From assembly GCA_019058365.1 (NCBI GenBank), contig JAHPZE010000008.1, forward strand, positions 89,651-153,650: a stretch of DNA of 64,000 bases. The letters are read 5' to 3'. This document shows positions 49,413-59,089 of this stretch, piece by piece (position 1 is the first letter of the stretch; every line of letters starts with the position of its first letter). The notes under the pieces were generated by a model, which did not search any database, was not told the DNA's origin, and saw only the letters and a program-made list of their open reading frames with translations. The position numbers and the translations under genes were made by a program. This DNA comes from Promethearchaeota archaeon (lineage in GTDB: Archaea; Asgardarchaeota; Lokiarchaeia; Sigyniarchaeales; SOKP01).

Positions 49413-50516
49413 ATGTCTCAAAAATTAGAAGATATTAAAGGCCTTGGTAAAAAAGTTGATATATTAAAAGAAGCGGGAATTGATTCTGTTGAAAAATTAG
49501 CAAACTCCAAATTAGAAGATTTAATTGAGTTAAAAGGAATTGGGAAGTCTACAGCTGAAAAAATAATTGAAAGTGCAAAAGAATTAATACAACCAGAAGT
49601 AAAAGTAGGAGAAACAGCATTAATTGAGAAAGAAGAAGATGAAGAAAAAAAAATCCAGGAAGAAGTTAGAAAATTGGAACAGAAGAAAAATAGATTGCAG
49701 GGAATAAAAGTTGAAGACGGAGATTTTGTCCTTGTTAAAATAACAGCACGAACTCAAAAGGGTCATATTTTTAGAGTTTCATCTGAAGATGATGCGAAAA
49801 AAGCAGGTATATATGATGAGAACGAGGCTAAAAGGGGATACTATACTCCAGAATTCGTTATCGTGGGAAAACCCGGATTCGTAAATGAAGGTCTAACTGA
49901 AACTATTAAAGAAATGAGTTTTTTTGAGAAAAAATCTGTTAGAATTCCTCCTACTAAGGCTTTTGGAAAACGCGATCCCCAAAAAATTGAAAGAATAGGT
50001 ATAGCAAAATTCAGGAGATTAAATGAAGGAAAAAATCCTGAAATTGGCAAAGAGTTTATTAAACAAACTCAAGGACAAACACAAAGGGGTATAATAACAA
50101 ATATTGTACAAGGAAGAGTTATTGTTGATTATAACCATCCTTTAGCGGGACAAAATATAGATTATAATCTGGAAATTATAGATAAAATCGAAGATTTTAA
50201 TGAAAAAATAGAATATTTTATGATAAACAAAGGAATTCCGAAAGAAAATGTGTCTGATTTTCAAGTAAGTTATATTCCTAAGAGTAAGACTCTTGAGATA
50301 ACTATTCCTAAAATGTTCCTTTTTCAGAATTTAACATATGTTAAATTTGGTCTTGCGATGGATCTTCAAACTCATATGGGGGAAGAAATTGATGACATAA
50401 AATTCATAGAAATCTATGAAAAAATACCCATACCAACAACACCATCAGAGTCTGTTATGAAAAAGGTTGAAGAATTTAATAAAGAACAAGAAAATAAAGA
50501 AGAAAGTAAAGAATAA
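49413..50516 (+). CDS. Long-type archaeal FKBP/SlyD peptidyl-prolyl isomerase with N-terminal HhH domain
   Basis: N-terminal IKGLG...L.EAGI...KGIG.STAEKII; IPP.KAFG.RDP and VDYNHPLAG. Confidence 0.88.
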   Translation: MSQKLEDIKGLGKKVDILKEAGIDSVEKLANSKLEDLIELKGIGKSTAEKIIESAKELIQPEVKVGETALIEKEEDEEKKIQEEVRKLEQKKNRLQGIKVEDGDFVLVKITARTQKGHIFRVSSEDDAKKAGIYDENEAKRGYYTPEFVIVGKPGFVNEGLTETIKEMSFFEKKSVRIPPTKAFGKRDPQKIERIGIAKFRRLNEGKNPEIGKEFIKQTQGQTQRGIITNIVQGRVIVDYNHPLAGQNIDYNLEIIDKIEDFNEKIEYFMINKGIPKENVSDFQVSYIPKSKTLEITIPKMFLFQNLTYVKFGLAMDLQTHMGEEIDDIKFIEIYEKIPIPTTPSESVMKKVEEFNKEQENKEESKE

Positions 50517-50535
50517 TAGATATTTATCTGAATTT

Positions 50536-51504
50536 TTATGTAATTTGAATTTTTGTTACAAGGTTTTGTTTCTTTTTCTCCTTCTCTTTCTTATATTCAG
50601 CTTTTTTCTTATGATATTTAGCATGTTTTTGTTGGTATTTCATTCTCCGTTTTAAGGATTTCCCTTTTTTTTTTAGATAATTTTTTTTTGCTTTTTTATA
50701 TTCCATTTTAGCTTTTTTATACTCCTTTTTAGTCTTTTTATATTGCATATATTTCTTTTTTATTTTATGGCGAAGATTCTTACTAATATTTCCTATTCCT
50801 AATTCGCGTAGCTGCTTCTTAAATTTCTCAAATGATTCAAATCTAATTACTATAAATCCTAGATCTCGAGCTGGAACTAAATTTTGAATTTTATCATCTA
50901 TAAAGACACATTTTTTTGGACTTGTATCTAATTTTGTTAAAACATATTTATATTTATCCATATCTGGTTTAACATAACCGATTTCATTTGATAAGAAAAC
51001 ATTATCGAAAATATCATAGAATCCTTTTAAATAGTTCGATCTTGCATGGACATCATGGGTATTTGACATTAAACTTACTGTGTAATCTGCTTGATGTAAA
51101 CGTTCTATTATTTCTGCCATTTCTAAGGAAATATTTGTTACTTGAGAATATAAATCAAACCAAAGCTCAGTATAATATTCTACATCCGCTTCTTTGGGGG
51201 ATAATTCTTCATCGCTTTTTTGAAAAGGATAATAATATTTTTCAAAAATTTTCTGTAAAAATTCCTGAGTAGAAATTATTCCAGAGCTTAGATGTCTTCT
51301 AATTTTTCTACTATATGAGTTTTCATCACGAGGAATTGAAATCTTTAAATCTGATTCGATCATATCAAGTAAATTCTTTAAAACAAAGGTCCTTTCAATA
51401 AAAACCCCCCCAAAATCAAAAATGAAGTGTTTTATCTTGTATAATCGTACTTTTTGTTCTTTTCCATAAATCTTGGATTTTTCTAGTTGTTCTTGCTTAC
51501 TCAT
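50536..51504 (-). CDS. HAD phosphatase (YihX-like) with Lys/Tyr-rich basic C-terminal tail
   Basis: FDFGGV, MSNT, KP, FIDD; last ~75 aa consist of YKKxKxE-like repeats. Confidence 0.88.
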   Translation of the reverse strand: MSKQEQLEKSKIYGKEQKVRLYKIKHFIFDFGGVFIERTFVLKNLLDMIESDLKISIPRDENSYSRKIRRHLSSGIISTQEFLQKIFEKYYYPFQKSDEELSPKEADVEYYTELWFDLYSQVTNISLEMAEIIERLHQADYTVSLMSNTHDVHARSNYLKGFYDIFDNVFLSNEIGYVKPDMDKYKYVLTKLDTSPKKCVFIDDKIQNLVPARDLGFIVIRFESFEKFKKQLRELGIGNISKNLRHKIKKKYMQYKKTKKEYKKAKMEYKKAKKNYLKKKGKSLKRRMKYQQKHAKYHKKKAEYKKEKEKKKQNLVTKIQIT

Positions 51505-51530
51505 TTTAAATGTATAATAATGTAAAAAAA

Positions 51531-52334
51531 TTAAATATTATTTTGATTTTTGTGTAATTTTTTATACTTATTAATTATTAGATTGCATATACTTTCAACG
51601 GGCGAAATTTCACACTTCCAATTGGTGAACTCAGGAAAACTTCCAGGATCTACAACATATAATTTATTGCTAATTTCTTCTCGTACAATATCTAAATGTC
51701 CGAATAATAGATCTCCGTTAAAATAATCCTTCCATTTTTTAATTATATCTCCTATATCATCTGGAGTTTCAATTTTTTTCATATCAACATGTTCATTTGA
51801 TAATGGAGGTTTAATTAAAGTACAGATTTCATTATCAATAAAGTACACATTATAATGAATTCCCTTAATATATTTTTCCAAGTATAAGATTGTGTTATTT
51901 TCTGATTTTAATTCCTCGTATGATCTAATAATTCTAACTCCTTTACTCCCTGAACCCATGATTGGCTTTAAAATAAATGGAAAATCTTTTAAATCTAATT
52001 GATTCTTAAACGTATCAGCTGTACCTAAATAAATTTTTGGTGCTAATAACCCTACTTTTTTCATTAGAAAATGCGACTGTATTCGATTTTTCTGCAAAAA
52101 TGATATTTGGGGGTTTGGTATAACAGGAATACTATTTGCTTCCAAGAAAAAACCAGCATATAAAAAAAATAGACTTTTTGATTTTAATATATAAAAGTCA
52201 TTATTTAAAAGGGTTCCATTTATAATTAAATTCTCTAATGTGTAGATCGAAACGATATATCCTTTACTTTCTAAACAATCTTTTAGCTGTCCTGTCATCA
52301 TAGTCTTTCTTTTCGATAAAATTCCAATATTCAT
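51531..52334 (-). CDS. ATP-grasp enzyme, divergent ITPK1/RimK-like
   Basis: ILKP..GSGSKGV, LEKYI, HLDIV, VVDPGSFPEF. Confidence 0.75.
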   Translation of the reverse strand: MNIGILSKRKTMMTGQLKDCLESKGYIVSIYTLENLIINGTLLNNDFYILKSKSLFFLYAGFFLEANSIPVIPNPQISFLQKNRIQSHFLMKKVGLLAPKIYLGTADTFKNQLDLKDFPFILKPIMGSGSKGVRIIRSYEELKSENNTILYLEKYIKGIHYNVYFIDNEICTLIKPPLSNEHVDMKKIETPDDIGDIIKKWKDYFNGDLLFGHLDIVREEISNKLYVVDPGSFPEFTNWKCEISPVESICNLIINKYKKLHKNQNNI

Positions 52335-52348
52335 TTTCCTTCGCTAAA

Positions 52349-53164
52349 TCATTTTTTTGCTTGTTTCAATAAATAATCTGCCACAAATTTATGGCCATCT
52401 TTAATATAATTAAAATTTGGAGTACAGTTTATATCAGTTAGAAAGAATTGCCCTTTTGATTTTAGAAAGTCTAATGAAGTCACTTTTAAATCCATTACTT
52501 CCATTGCCTTATAACAATACTCTTTTAATTCAGAAATCTCATCAATTTCTCTTCTCGATTCAGTTTTATTAGGATTAACAAGTATAGGCAATTGTTTAAA
52601 AAAGTAAATTCCATCCCCAATCCCATAGATCTTATATTCCCATTTACTTTTAATAAATTTTTGATAATAAAGATAATTATATTTCGGATCAATTTTGTCA
52701 ACTTCATTTAAAGCTCTCTCATCAGCTACTATAATTCGTCCATTTTCTTTATGTATTATTGGTTTAAATTTGTAATTTTTTTGATCTATAATATTTTTTA
52801 TAATATAATCCCTGAATGGTGGAATACTTCCTTTAGGATTTAATGAAAAGTCAGCAATAGGGATTCCTGCCTTTTTTAAATAAACACTATTTAAAAATCT
52901 ATTGATTGCCAACCAGGTACCTTTATAAGAGTTAACTACTGGAATAGAAGTACATTCTTCAATAGATTTAGCTAAAGTTAATACTAAATCTCCTTTGGCC
53001 TTAAGAAAGAATAAGTCTTCATCGTAATTTATATTCTCACTATTAAAGAGAAAGTTCGCTTCAATATATATTCTTACATCTGCTTTAGACTTTAGATATT
53101 CTAGAAAATTTGCCACTTTGTACTTTAAATGATAATTATCAATAATTATTCCTATTTTTTTCAA
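52349..53164 (-). CDS. ATP-grasp enzyme, ITPK1-like inositol phosphate kinase candidate
   Basis: YQKFI...EYKIYGIGD, SLDFL, TDINCTPNF. Confidence 0.75.
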   Translation of the reverse strand: MKKIGIIIDNYHLKYKVANFLEYLKSKADVRIYIEANFLFNSENINYDEDLFFLKAKGDLVLTLAKSIEECTSIPVVNSYKGTWLAINRFLNSVYLKKAGIPIADFSLNPKGSIPPFRDYIIKNIIDQKNYKFKPIIHKENGRIIVADERALNEVDKIDPKYNYLYYQKFIKSKWEYKIYGIGDGIYFFKQLPILVNPNKTESRREIDEISELKEYCYKAMEVMDLKVTSLDFLKSKGQFFLTDINCTPNFNYIKDGHKFVADYLLKQAKK

Positions 53165-53409
53165 AAATTTTACCTTTGAAGCCTTTTTTTAAAAAAAAAA
53201 AGGTTTTTTTCTATTTCATTAAATAAAAAAAATATATAATTTAAATACAATTAAAATAAAATTTTAAACCTTTTAACATAGAGTACAGACAATGGGATCT
53301 TTAAAAATTCGAGACTTTTTTCTACAAACACATTCTAAATTACTAATTAATCAATATATTTATATACCATAATTAACTCATAATTTATCAAATTAATAGG
53401 GTTTTATAC

Positions 53410-54324
53410 GTGTCAAATAAGTTTAGTAGAATTTATATAGGCTCTATTTGTAATCGCGATCTCGAAATATTTGAAGAGATCAAAAAGTTTTTTAATAAGA
53501 ACTATAATATCTCGATAATCAATCTTTTAAAAAAGGATTCTAATATATTTAGCGTTAAACATTTCAAGAAACAAATTAAGAAATACCCTATATCATTTAT
53601 AATTGTCAAATTATTCTCTGAAAAAGATAATCAAGAAATTTACGAAACGATAAGAGAGATAACCCCTGATATCCCTCTTTTAAATAGTTTAGATGCAGTC
53701 CAGACATGTGAAAGTAGAAGAGATACATTTAGAAGTATTGAGCAAAAAAGTAAGAAAATATGTGTCCCTCGTTGTTATTACTCTTTTAAAGAAGCCTTTG
53801 AAGCTTGTTCTAATGGTATTAAAATAGTGATTAAATTGGATAGACATAATATCCCAGACTTACCAAAAGATGATAGAATTATTGGTATAGCTAAAAATTC
53901 ACATGATTTTAAAGAACTAACAAAAAAGTTTAAAGAAAATGAGTTATTTTTCCAAGAATATTTAGGTAAATTCGATATTATCTACAAAATATATGTAATT
54001 GGCCGGTGGACAGTTTCAATAACTTCCCATAATCGATTACGACAAAAAGAAAATTTATCTCCCTTAGAACTGATTCATATTCGTGTACCAATTGACAAAC
54101 AATTAAAGAGACGAATATTACGATTAGGCAGAAAAATGGGGCTCTCAATTTTTGGTATTGATTACATATTAACAAATGAAGGAAATCCATATATTATAGA
54201 TGTTAATGATTTTCCAAGTTTTAGAAGTATTCCTGAAGCAGTGAGTCTAATATCAGATTATGTATATAACATTTTACTATTACGACAACAAATCTATAAA
54301 ACACGTGTTTCAGTTAGAGGTTAA
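53410..54324 (+). CDS. ITPK1-like inositol phosphate kinase (ATP-grasp)
   Basis: FQEYL....YKIYVIG, GLSIFGIDYI, IDVNDFPSF; compare ITPK1 FKVFVVG, SLFGIDII, IDINAFPGY. Confidence 0.82.
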   Translation: MSNKFSRIYIGSICNRDLEIFEEIKKFFNKNYNISIINLLKKDSNIFSVKHFKKQIKKYPISFIIVKLFSEKDNQEIYETIREITPDIPLLNSLDAVQTCESRRDTFRSIEQKSKKICVPRCYYSFKEAFEACSNGIKIVIKLDRHNIPDLPKDDRIIGIAKNSHDFKELTKKFKENELFFQEYLGKFDIIYKIYVIGRWTVSITSHNRLRQKENLSPLELIHIRVPIDKQLKRRILRLGRKMGLSIFGIDYILTNEGNPYIIDVNDFPSFRSIPEAVSLISDYVYNILLLRQQIYKTRVSVRG

Positions 54325-54362
54325 AACTTGAGATAGTAGTTTATTCATAACATATAAACTAC

Positions 54363-55454
54363 TTATCGCTCTCGTTTATTTTCTAAAAACTCTAAAAGTC
54401 TCTTTTTAGCAACATAATCATCTAATTGTTCTGGAGGATGTTTTGCAAAAAAAGAGCATGCAGAATGAAGTATTCCCCCCATTTTTCTATCCTTCGCAAT
54501 TTTACTAATCCTAATGCAATCTGCAATAATTCCTGCGGAATTATTACCATCTTCTACAAACATTGTAATATCAATTCTGACTGGTGCTCCTCCAAAAACT
54601 CTTCCTTCCAGCCTCATATAAGCCTCTTTTTGATTTTTTAGAAAAGGAATATAATCTACAGCAGAAATTCGGCAGTCTATCATATCTCGATTCGGGAGAT
54701 TAGCAATTACTGCTTCAGTTTTAGATTGGCGTTTTCCTTTTTCGTATCTCAATGATCCATCTGGCATCGGGGTTAACAAATTGCAAAAATCGCTAGAACC
54801 ACCCCAATCTAGTTGAATTGTTTTATCTAATATAGCTCCCCGCATTGGAAAGAGATTAGTTAAAGCTCTATGAATGATTGTGGCTCCAATTTGGGATTTT
54901 ACATCGTCTCCCATTAAGGAAAGGCTTTTTTCTTCAGCTTTTTTAACTATTTCTGGATCTTTTACTACGTGTGAAGGCATTCCATTTACAACACATGAGC
55001 CGGCTTCAAGTGCACTCATAGCATAATATTTTACAGCTTCATGCGATCCTGTTGGAAGGAGGATTACAGTAACATCTGTATTTCTATTTTTTATTTCATT
55101 AATGATGTTCACAGGTTTTTGATTATTGTCTACGGGTACTATGTTTTTAATATTGCTGTCTAAACCATCTATAATTGGGCCTTTTACAACAGGAGCATTT
55201 AAATAATCGGGTTCAAATAGCTTCATATTACAATTAGGGTCTGCAAAAATAGCTTTACTTAAATCTTTACCCACTTTATCAGAATTAACATCAATTCCTA
55301 AAACAAAATTAATATCATTAATACTATATTGTTTAATTTCTGGTAAAGTACCTATAATTTTGTCAGGATTTTTTTTATAATTCTCAATACCTTGAACTAA
55401 TGCGCTAGCTACATCGCCAACTCCAATTAGGCACACATTAATTTTTGATGCCAT
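54363..55454 (-). CDS. ino1: myo-Inositol-3-phosphate (1-L-phosphate) synthase
   Basis: IGVG..ASALVQG, LPTGS, GDDVKSQIGATI.HR, QL..GG..DF.N, SKT.AV, D..NSAG. Confidence 0.95.
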   Translation of the reverse strand: MASKINVCLIGVGDVASALVQGIENYKKNPDKIIGTLPEIKQYSINDINFVLGIDVNSDKVGKDLSKAIFADPNCNMKLFEPDYLNAPVVKGPIIDGLDSNIKNIVPVDNNQKPVNIINEIKNRNTDVTVILLPTGSHEAVKYYAMSALEAGSCVVNGMPSHVVKDPEIVKKAEEKSLSLMGDDVKSQIGATIIHRALTNLFPMRGAILDKTIQLDWGGSSDFCNLLTPMPDGSLRYEKGKRQSKTEAVIANLPNRDMIDCRISAVDYIPFLKNQKEAYMRLEGRVFGGAPVRIDITMFVEDGNNSAGIIADCIRISKIAKDRKMGGILHSACSFFAKHPPEQLDDYVAKKRLLEFLENKRER

Positions 55455-55739
55455 AATATTTTCTAATATAAAATGATAATATTTAAATCATTTTAAAAAA
55501 GCATTAAGCTTTAAAATACTTAGTTATTAAAAACAAACAAAATTGACATAATACAGATAAGATTTTTATCGAGATTTTAATCTACACAAAATAAGTTAGA
55601 TTTTTTTGATAATATTTTAGATATTTGTGTTTGAAAAATTTTATTTAATACTAATTTTAAATTAAATTTATTAAATTTTTCAATTTTTTACAAATATCTA
55701 CAAAGGATATAATAAAAATTAGGAGTTTTGGTGATTTAA

Positions 55740-58175
55740 ATAGAATTTAATTTTATTACTTTAAATCTGATTCTTTTAATTGTACTCTTTTTAATGCTAT
55801 TTATTATTATCATATATTTACTCTTACCTTGGATTTTTAATCTATTTGTTTCTCCAAAATTTAATGCTAGCTATATCTTTAACTCAAAGGATTTTAAAAC
55901 GAAAGAAAAATTGAAATCACTTCAAAATCAAGAGCACACATTTCAAATAGATTTTGAAAGCACCCTTGGAACATACTTAATTTCATTTGGTACAAAAAAA
56001 GAATTCATAAATGGAAATATAAAAATAAGGCATAAATCAAACGAATATTGTAATTGTGATACTTTAAAAACCCATACTAAGTTACTTAAATTAATCTCTA
56101 CTACTGAAGGAGATGGAAATGATAAATTAGGCGTATTCAAAACTATAAATGCCAGATTTCGATTAGAAGATGAAGATAGATTTGTAAATATATCAATAAA
56201 GCATTATAATCAGCAAAACTTCATTCTATTTGAGTTTCTTATTCCAGAAGGTTTAGAAAACACTTCTTCAGGCAAAAATTCAGAACTTATTACATCATTC
56301 CCTTCATTTCTCAACATAAGTACTAATATAAAAATATTTACTTTTAGGAATACGATATTTTGTCCTCCTTCTAGAAAAATTGGTGCTACATCTGCCCCTG
56401 TTTTATTTTATGATGATGATTTAAACTGTTTTGTATTATCCCCACTGGATGGTTTTTTAAACACAATGATCTCACAGGATAAAAATAATAGAATCTCTTG
56501 CGGTATCCAAGGAGAAATTAAAGAATTGCCAAAGAATTTTTCGCAAAGATTTATTCTTCTTTATAGTAAAGGGATAAATAAATCATTAGAACGGTTGGGA
56601 GATATTTTATTAAGATATCATGGTTCTAAGCGTAAGAGTCTTTATGCTAATGTCGTTACTTCATATTTAGGATACTGGACTGATAATGGAGGGTACTATT
56701 ATTATAACACAGAGAAAGGAATGAATTATGAAGAAACAATGATGACAATTAAGGAATATTTCGATAAGAATAATATACCGATAAATTATTACAATTTTGA
56801 TAGTTGGTGGTATTTAAAACATACAAATAAGATTTTTACAACACTATTTAGACCTCTTGTTCGATTGATGGGAGGAGGACTATATGGTAATACATTACGT
56901 TGGGAAGTTGATCCAAAAAATTTCTCAACAGATTTAAAAACATTCCATCGTGAAAAATTTCAAAAGCCAATTTCAGCTCATAGTCGACGCTGGGATGCGA
57001 GATCTCCATATGTTGAAAAATTTGAGTTTGAGACGTACAAAAATCATGCTATTCCTCTGAAAAAAAAATTCTGGGAATGGTTAATGAACCATGCTAAAGA
57101 AAGTGGCATTGAAGTTTATGAACAAGATTGGATGAAAAATCAAATTGCTAGTCTTCCAATTTTAAGACAAAATTTTAATGCTCAAGATGATTGGTTGAAT
57201 AATATGGCTATATCTGCTAAGGAAAATGAGATTGATGTGTACTATTGCATGCAAACTCCTGGAATCTTGCTATATAGTATAAAGCATTCAAATATTAATA
57301 TTTCTCGGTGTTCAGGGGATTATAATCATAGATGGCCTTTAACTTATAGATTTATTCACTCTACTCAAACGAATATACTATTTAATGCTTTAGGAATTAA
57401 TTCCCATCCAGATGTATTCCGTTCAAAAACAATGGAAAATGTTAAATTTAGACCATTTGGTGAGAAATTTCCTAATTTTAACTGTCTTTATCAAATATTA
57501 AATGCTGGAGTTGTGGCTCCTGGAGATAAAAAAGAAAATCTTAATTGGCCACTTCTAAAAGAGACATGCAGAAATGACGGATTATTACTGAAACCTGATA
57601 AGCCATTAACTGCAAATGATTTAATGTTTAAGAAACATAAAAAATATTATATTTGTGATACTTATACCAAAATAAATAACTTAACTTGGAGCTATATCTT
57701 AATTTCTAATATCTGGCCAAAAAGAGTCAAAGAAACATTTTTTACACTGAAAGAACTAGGATTTGAGAAAGAAGATTATATTATATACGATTATCATTCT
57801 GGTATCTCAAATCGAATTAAGTTTGATGAGTTTATTGAAGTAGGTCGATTGAGAAGATATGGTTACAAATATTATATAATTAGTCCTATCACGTTAAATG
57901 GAATGTCTTTAATTGGATGCCCTGATAAATTTATTACTTGTTCGGGAAAATTAATCTTAGAAGTTAATGCTACCGAGGATTCCTTAAATTTTTTAGTCGA
58001 GAACATAAGAGACACAGTTGTTAAATTATTAATTTACTCAGAAAAAAGACCAAGTTCAATTCAAGTGGATAATGAGTTAATAAATTCATGGAATTATAAT
58101 AAGGAAATTAATATAATAGAATTAAATTTAATGTTTGATAAATTTAATAAAAAAGAAGTTTTAATCCATAAATAA
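55740..58175 (+). CDS. Membrane-anchored glycoside-hydrolase-like protein (clan GH-D, GH36/Sip1-like)
   Basis: N-terminal TM anchor; YWTDNG.YYYY, DSWWY, YEQDW, R.SGDY, CR.DG.LLKP. ATA at 55740 follows GGTGA; first ATG at 55794. Confidence 0.68.
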   Translation: MEFNFITLNLILLIVLFLMLFIIIIYLLLPWIFNLFVSPKFNASYIFNSKDFKTKEKLKSLQNQEHTFQIDFESTLGTYLISFGTKKEFINGNIKIRHKSNEYCNCDTLKTHTKLLKLISTTEGDGNDKLGVFKTINARFRLEDEDRFVNISIKHYNQQNFILFEFLIPEGLENTSSGKNSELITSFPSFLNISTNIKIFTFRNTIFCPPSRKIGATSAPVLFYDDDLNCFVLSPLDGFLNTMISQDKNNRISCGIQGEIKELPKNFSQRFILLYSKGINKSLERLGDILLRYHGSKRKSLYANVVTSYLGYWTDNGGYYYYNTEKGMNYEETMMTIKEYFDKNNIPINYYNFDSWWYLKHTNKIFTTLFRPLVRLMGGGLYGNTLRWEVDPKNFSTDLKTFHREKFQKPISAHSRRWDARSPYVEKFEFETYKNHAIPLKKKFWEWLMNHAKESGIEVYEQDWMKNQIASLPILRQNFNAQDDWLNNMAISAKENEIDVYYCMQTPGILLYSIKHSNINISRCSGDYNHRWPLTYRFIHSTQTNILFNALGINSHPDVFRSKTMENVKFRPFGEKFPNFNCLYQILNAGVVAPGDKKENLNWPLLKETCRNDGLLLKPDKPLTANDLMFKKHKKYYICDTYTKINNLTWSYILISNIWPKRVKETFFTLKELGFEKEDYIIYDYHSGISNRIKFDEFIEVGRLRRYGYKYYIISPITLNGMSLIGCPDKFITCSGKLILEVNATEDSLNFLVENIRDTVVKLLIYSEKRPSSIQVDNELINSWNYNKEINIIELNLMFDKFNKKEVLIHK

Positions 58176-58195
58176 CATAAATAGTATATGAAAAT

Positions 58196-59089
58196 ATGGT
58201 CAAAAAAATAGTATTTTCCGCAAAACAAGACCATGAAGTGGTTAAAAAGCTAATTAGTAAATTAAAAAAGATAAAAAAATTTGATTTATTGCTCCATGAT
58301 CCTTCAAAAGAGTTTTTCTGCCTTTCTGATATGCCTAAGTACTTTAAAAGTGCAGATCTAATTATTGCAAAAGTAAGAAATGAGTGTTCTATTGATTTAC
58401 TACACTTCGCTAAATTATATAATATACCAACTTTACATAATGTAGAGACAGTTTTAACGTGTAAAAACAAAATTGCTCTTGATTTTGCATTAAGGAAAGC
58501 ACTAAACACCCATCAAAAGGAATTAAGAAATTTTTCAATCCCCAAATCATGGAATCAATCTTTATCAAATATACCTCTATTTAAAAAGTGGGCTTTGCCC
58601 AAATTACCCATAGTTATTAAGAGTCATTATCAACATGATAAATATAATAGATTTAATTTTTTAGTTCAACATATCGATGAAGTTGATACATTTATCGAAA
58701 AATATAAAGAGTTCCTATATTATGATGTATACATTCAGAAATTTATCGAGTGTGATGGTATTGAGAGAAAGGTATATGTAATAGGTGATAGAGTTTTCGG
58801 TATTAAAAGGGAAAATCCTATTTATAAATATTTAAGAGAAAAACCCGAAAGCATTGATGTTGAATTGCTTGAAAGAGAGGAATTTGAAATTACAGAAGAT
58901 ATCTATAAATTATCAAAAATTTTATCTACAGAGCTAAATCTTAAGATTTTTGGATTTGATTTAGTAAGACCTTTAGACCAAGATAAATTTTACCTTATTG
59001 ATTTAAATGATTTTCCCAGTTTTAGAGGAATTCCCAATATTGAAAAAGAGTTAATGAATTATATTGAAAACTATGCTTTAACTCTTTAA
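58196..59089 (+). CDS. ITPK1-like inositol phosphate kinase (ATP-grasp)
   Basis: IQKFI..DG..RKVYVIGD, LKIFGFDLV, IDLNDFPSFRG. Confidence 0.82.
   Translation: MVKKIVFSAKQDHEVVKKLISKLKKIKKFDLLLHDPSKEFFCLSDMPKYFKSADLIIAKVRNECSIDLLHFAKLYNIPTLHNVETVLTCKNKIALDFALRKALNTHQKELRNFSIPKSWNQSLSNIPLFKKWALPKLPIVIKSHYQHDKYNRFNFLVQHIDEVDTFIEKYKEFLYYDVYIQKFIECDGIERKVYVIGDRVFGIKRENPIYKYLREKPESIDVELLEREEFEITEDIYKLSKILSTELNLKIFGFDLVRPLDQDKFYLIDLNDFPSFRGIPNIEKELMNYIENYALTL

Noticed and set aside
51531-59089. RimK/LysX-type peptide ligase or RiPP cluster interpretation of the ATP-grasp genes
   Set aside because: They end in DxNxxP/FP rather than ExN, no precursor peptide or LysW-like carrier is nearby, and ino1 is embedded.
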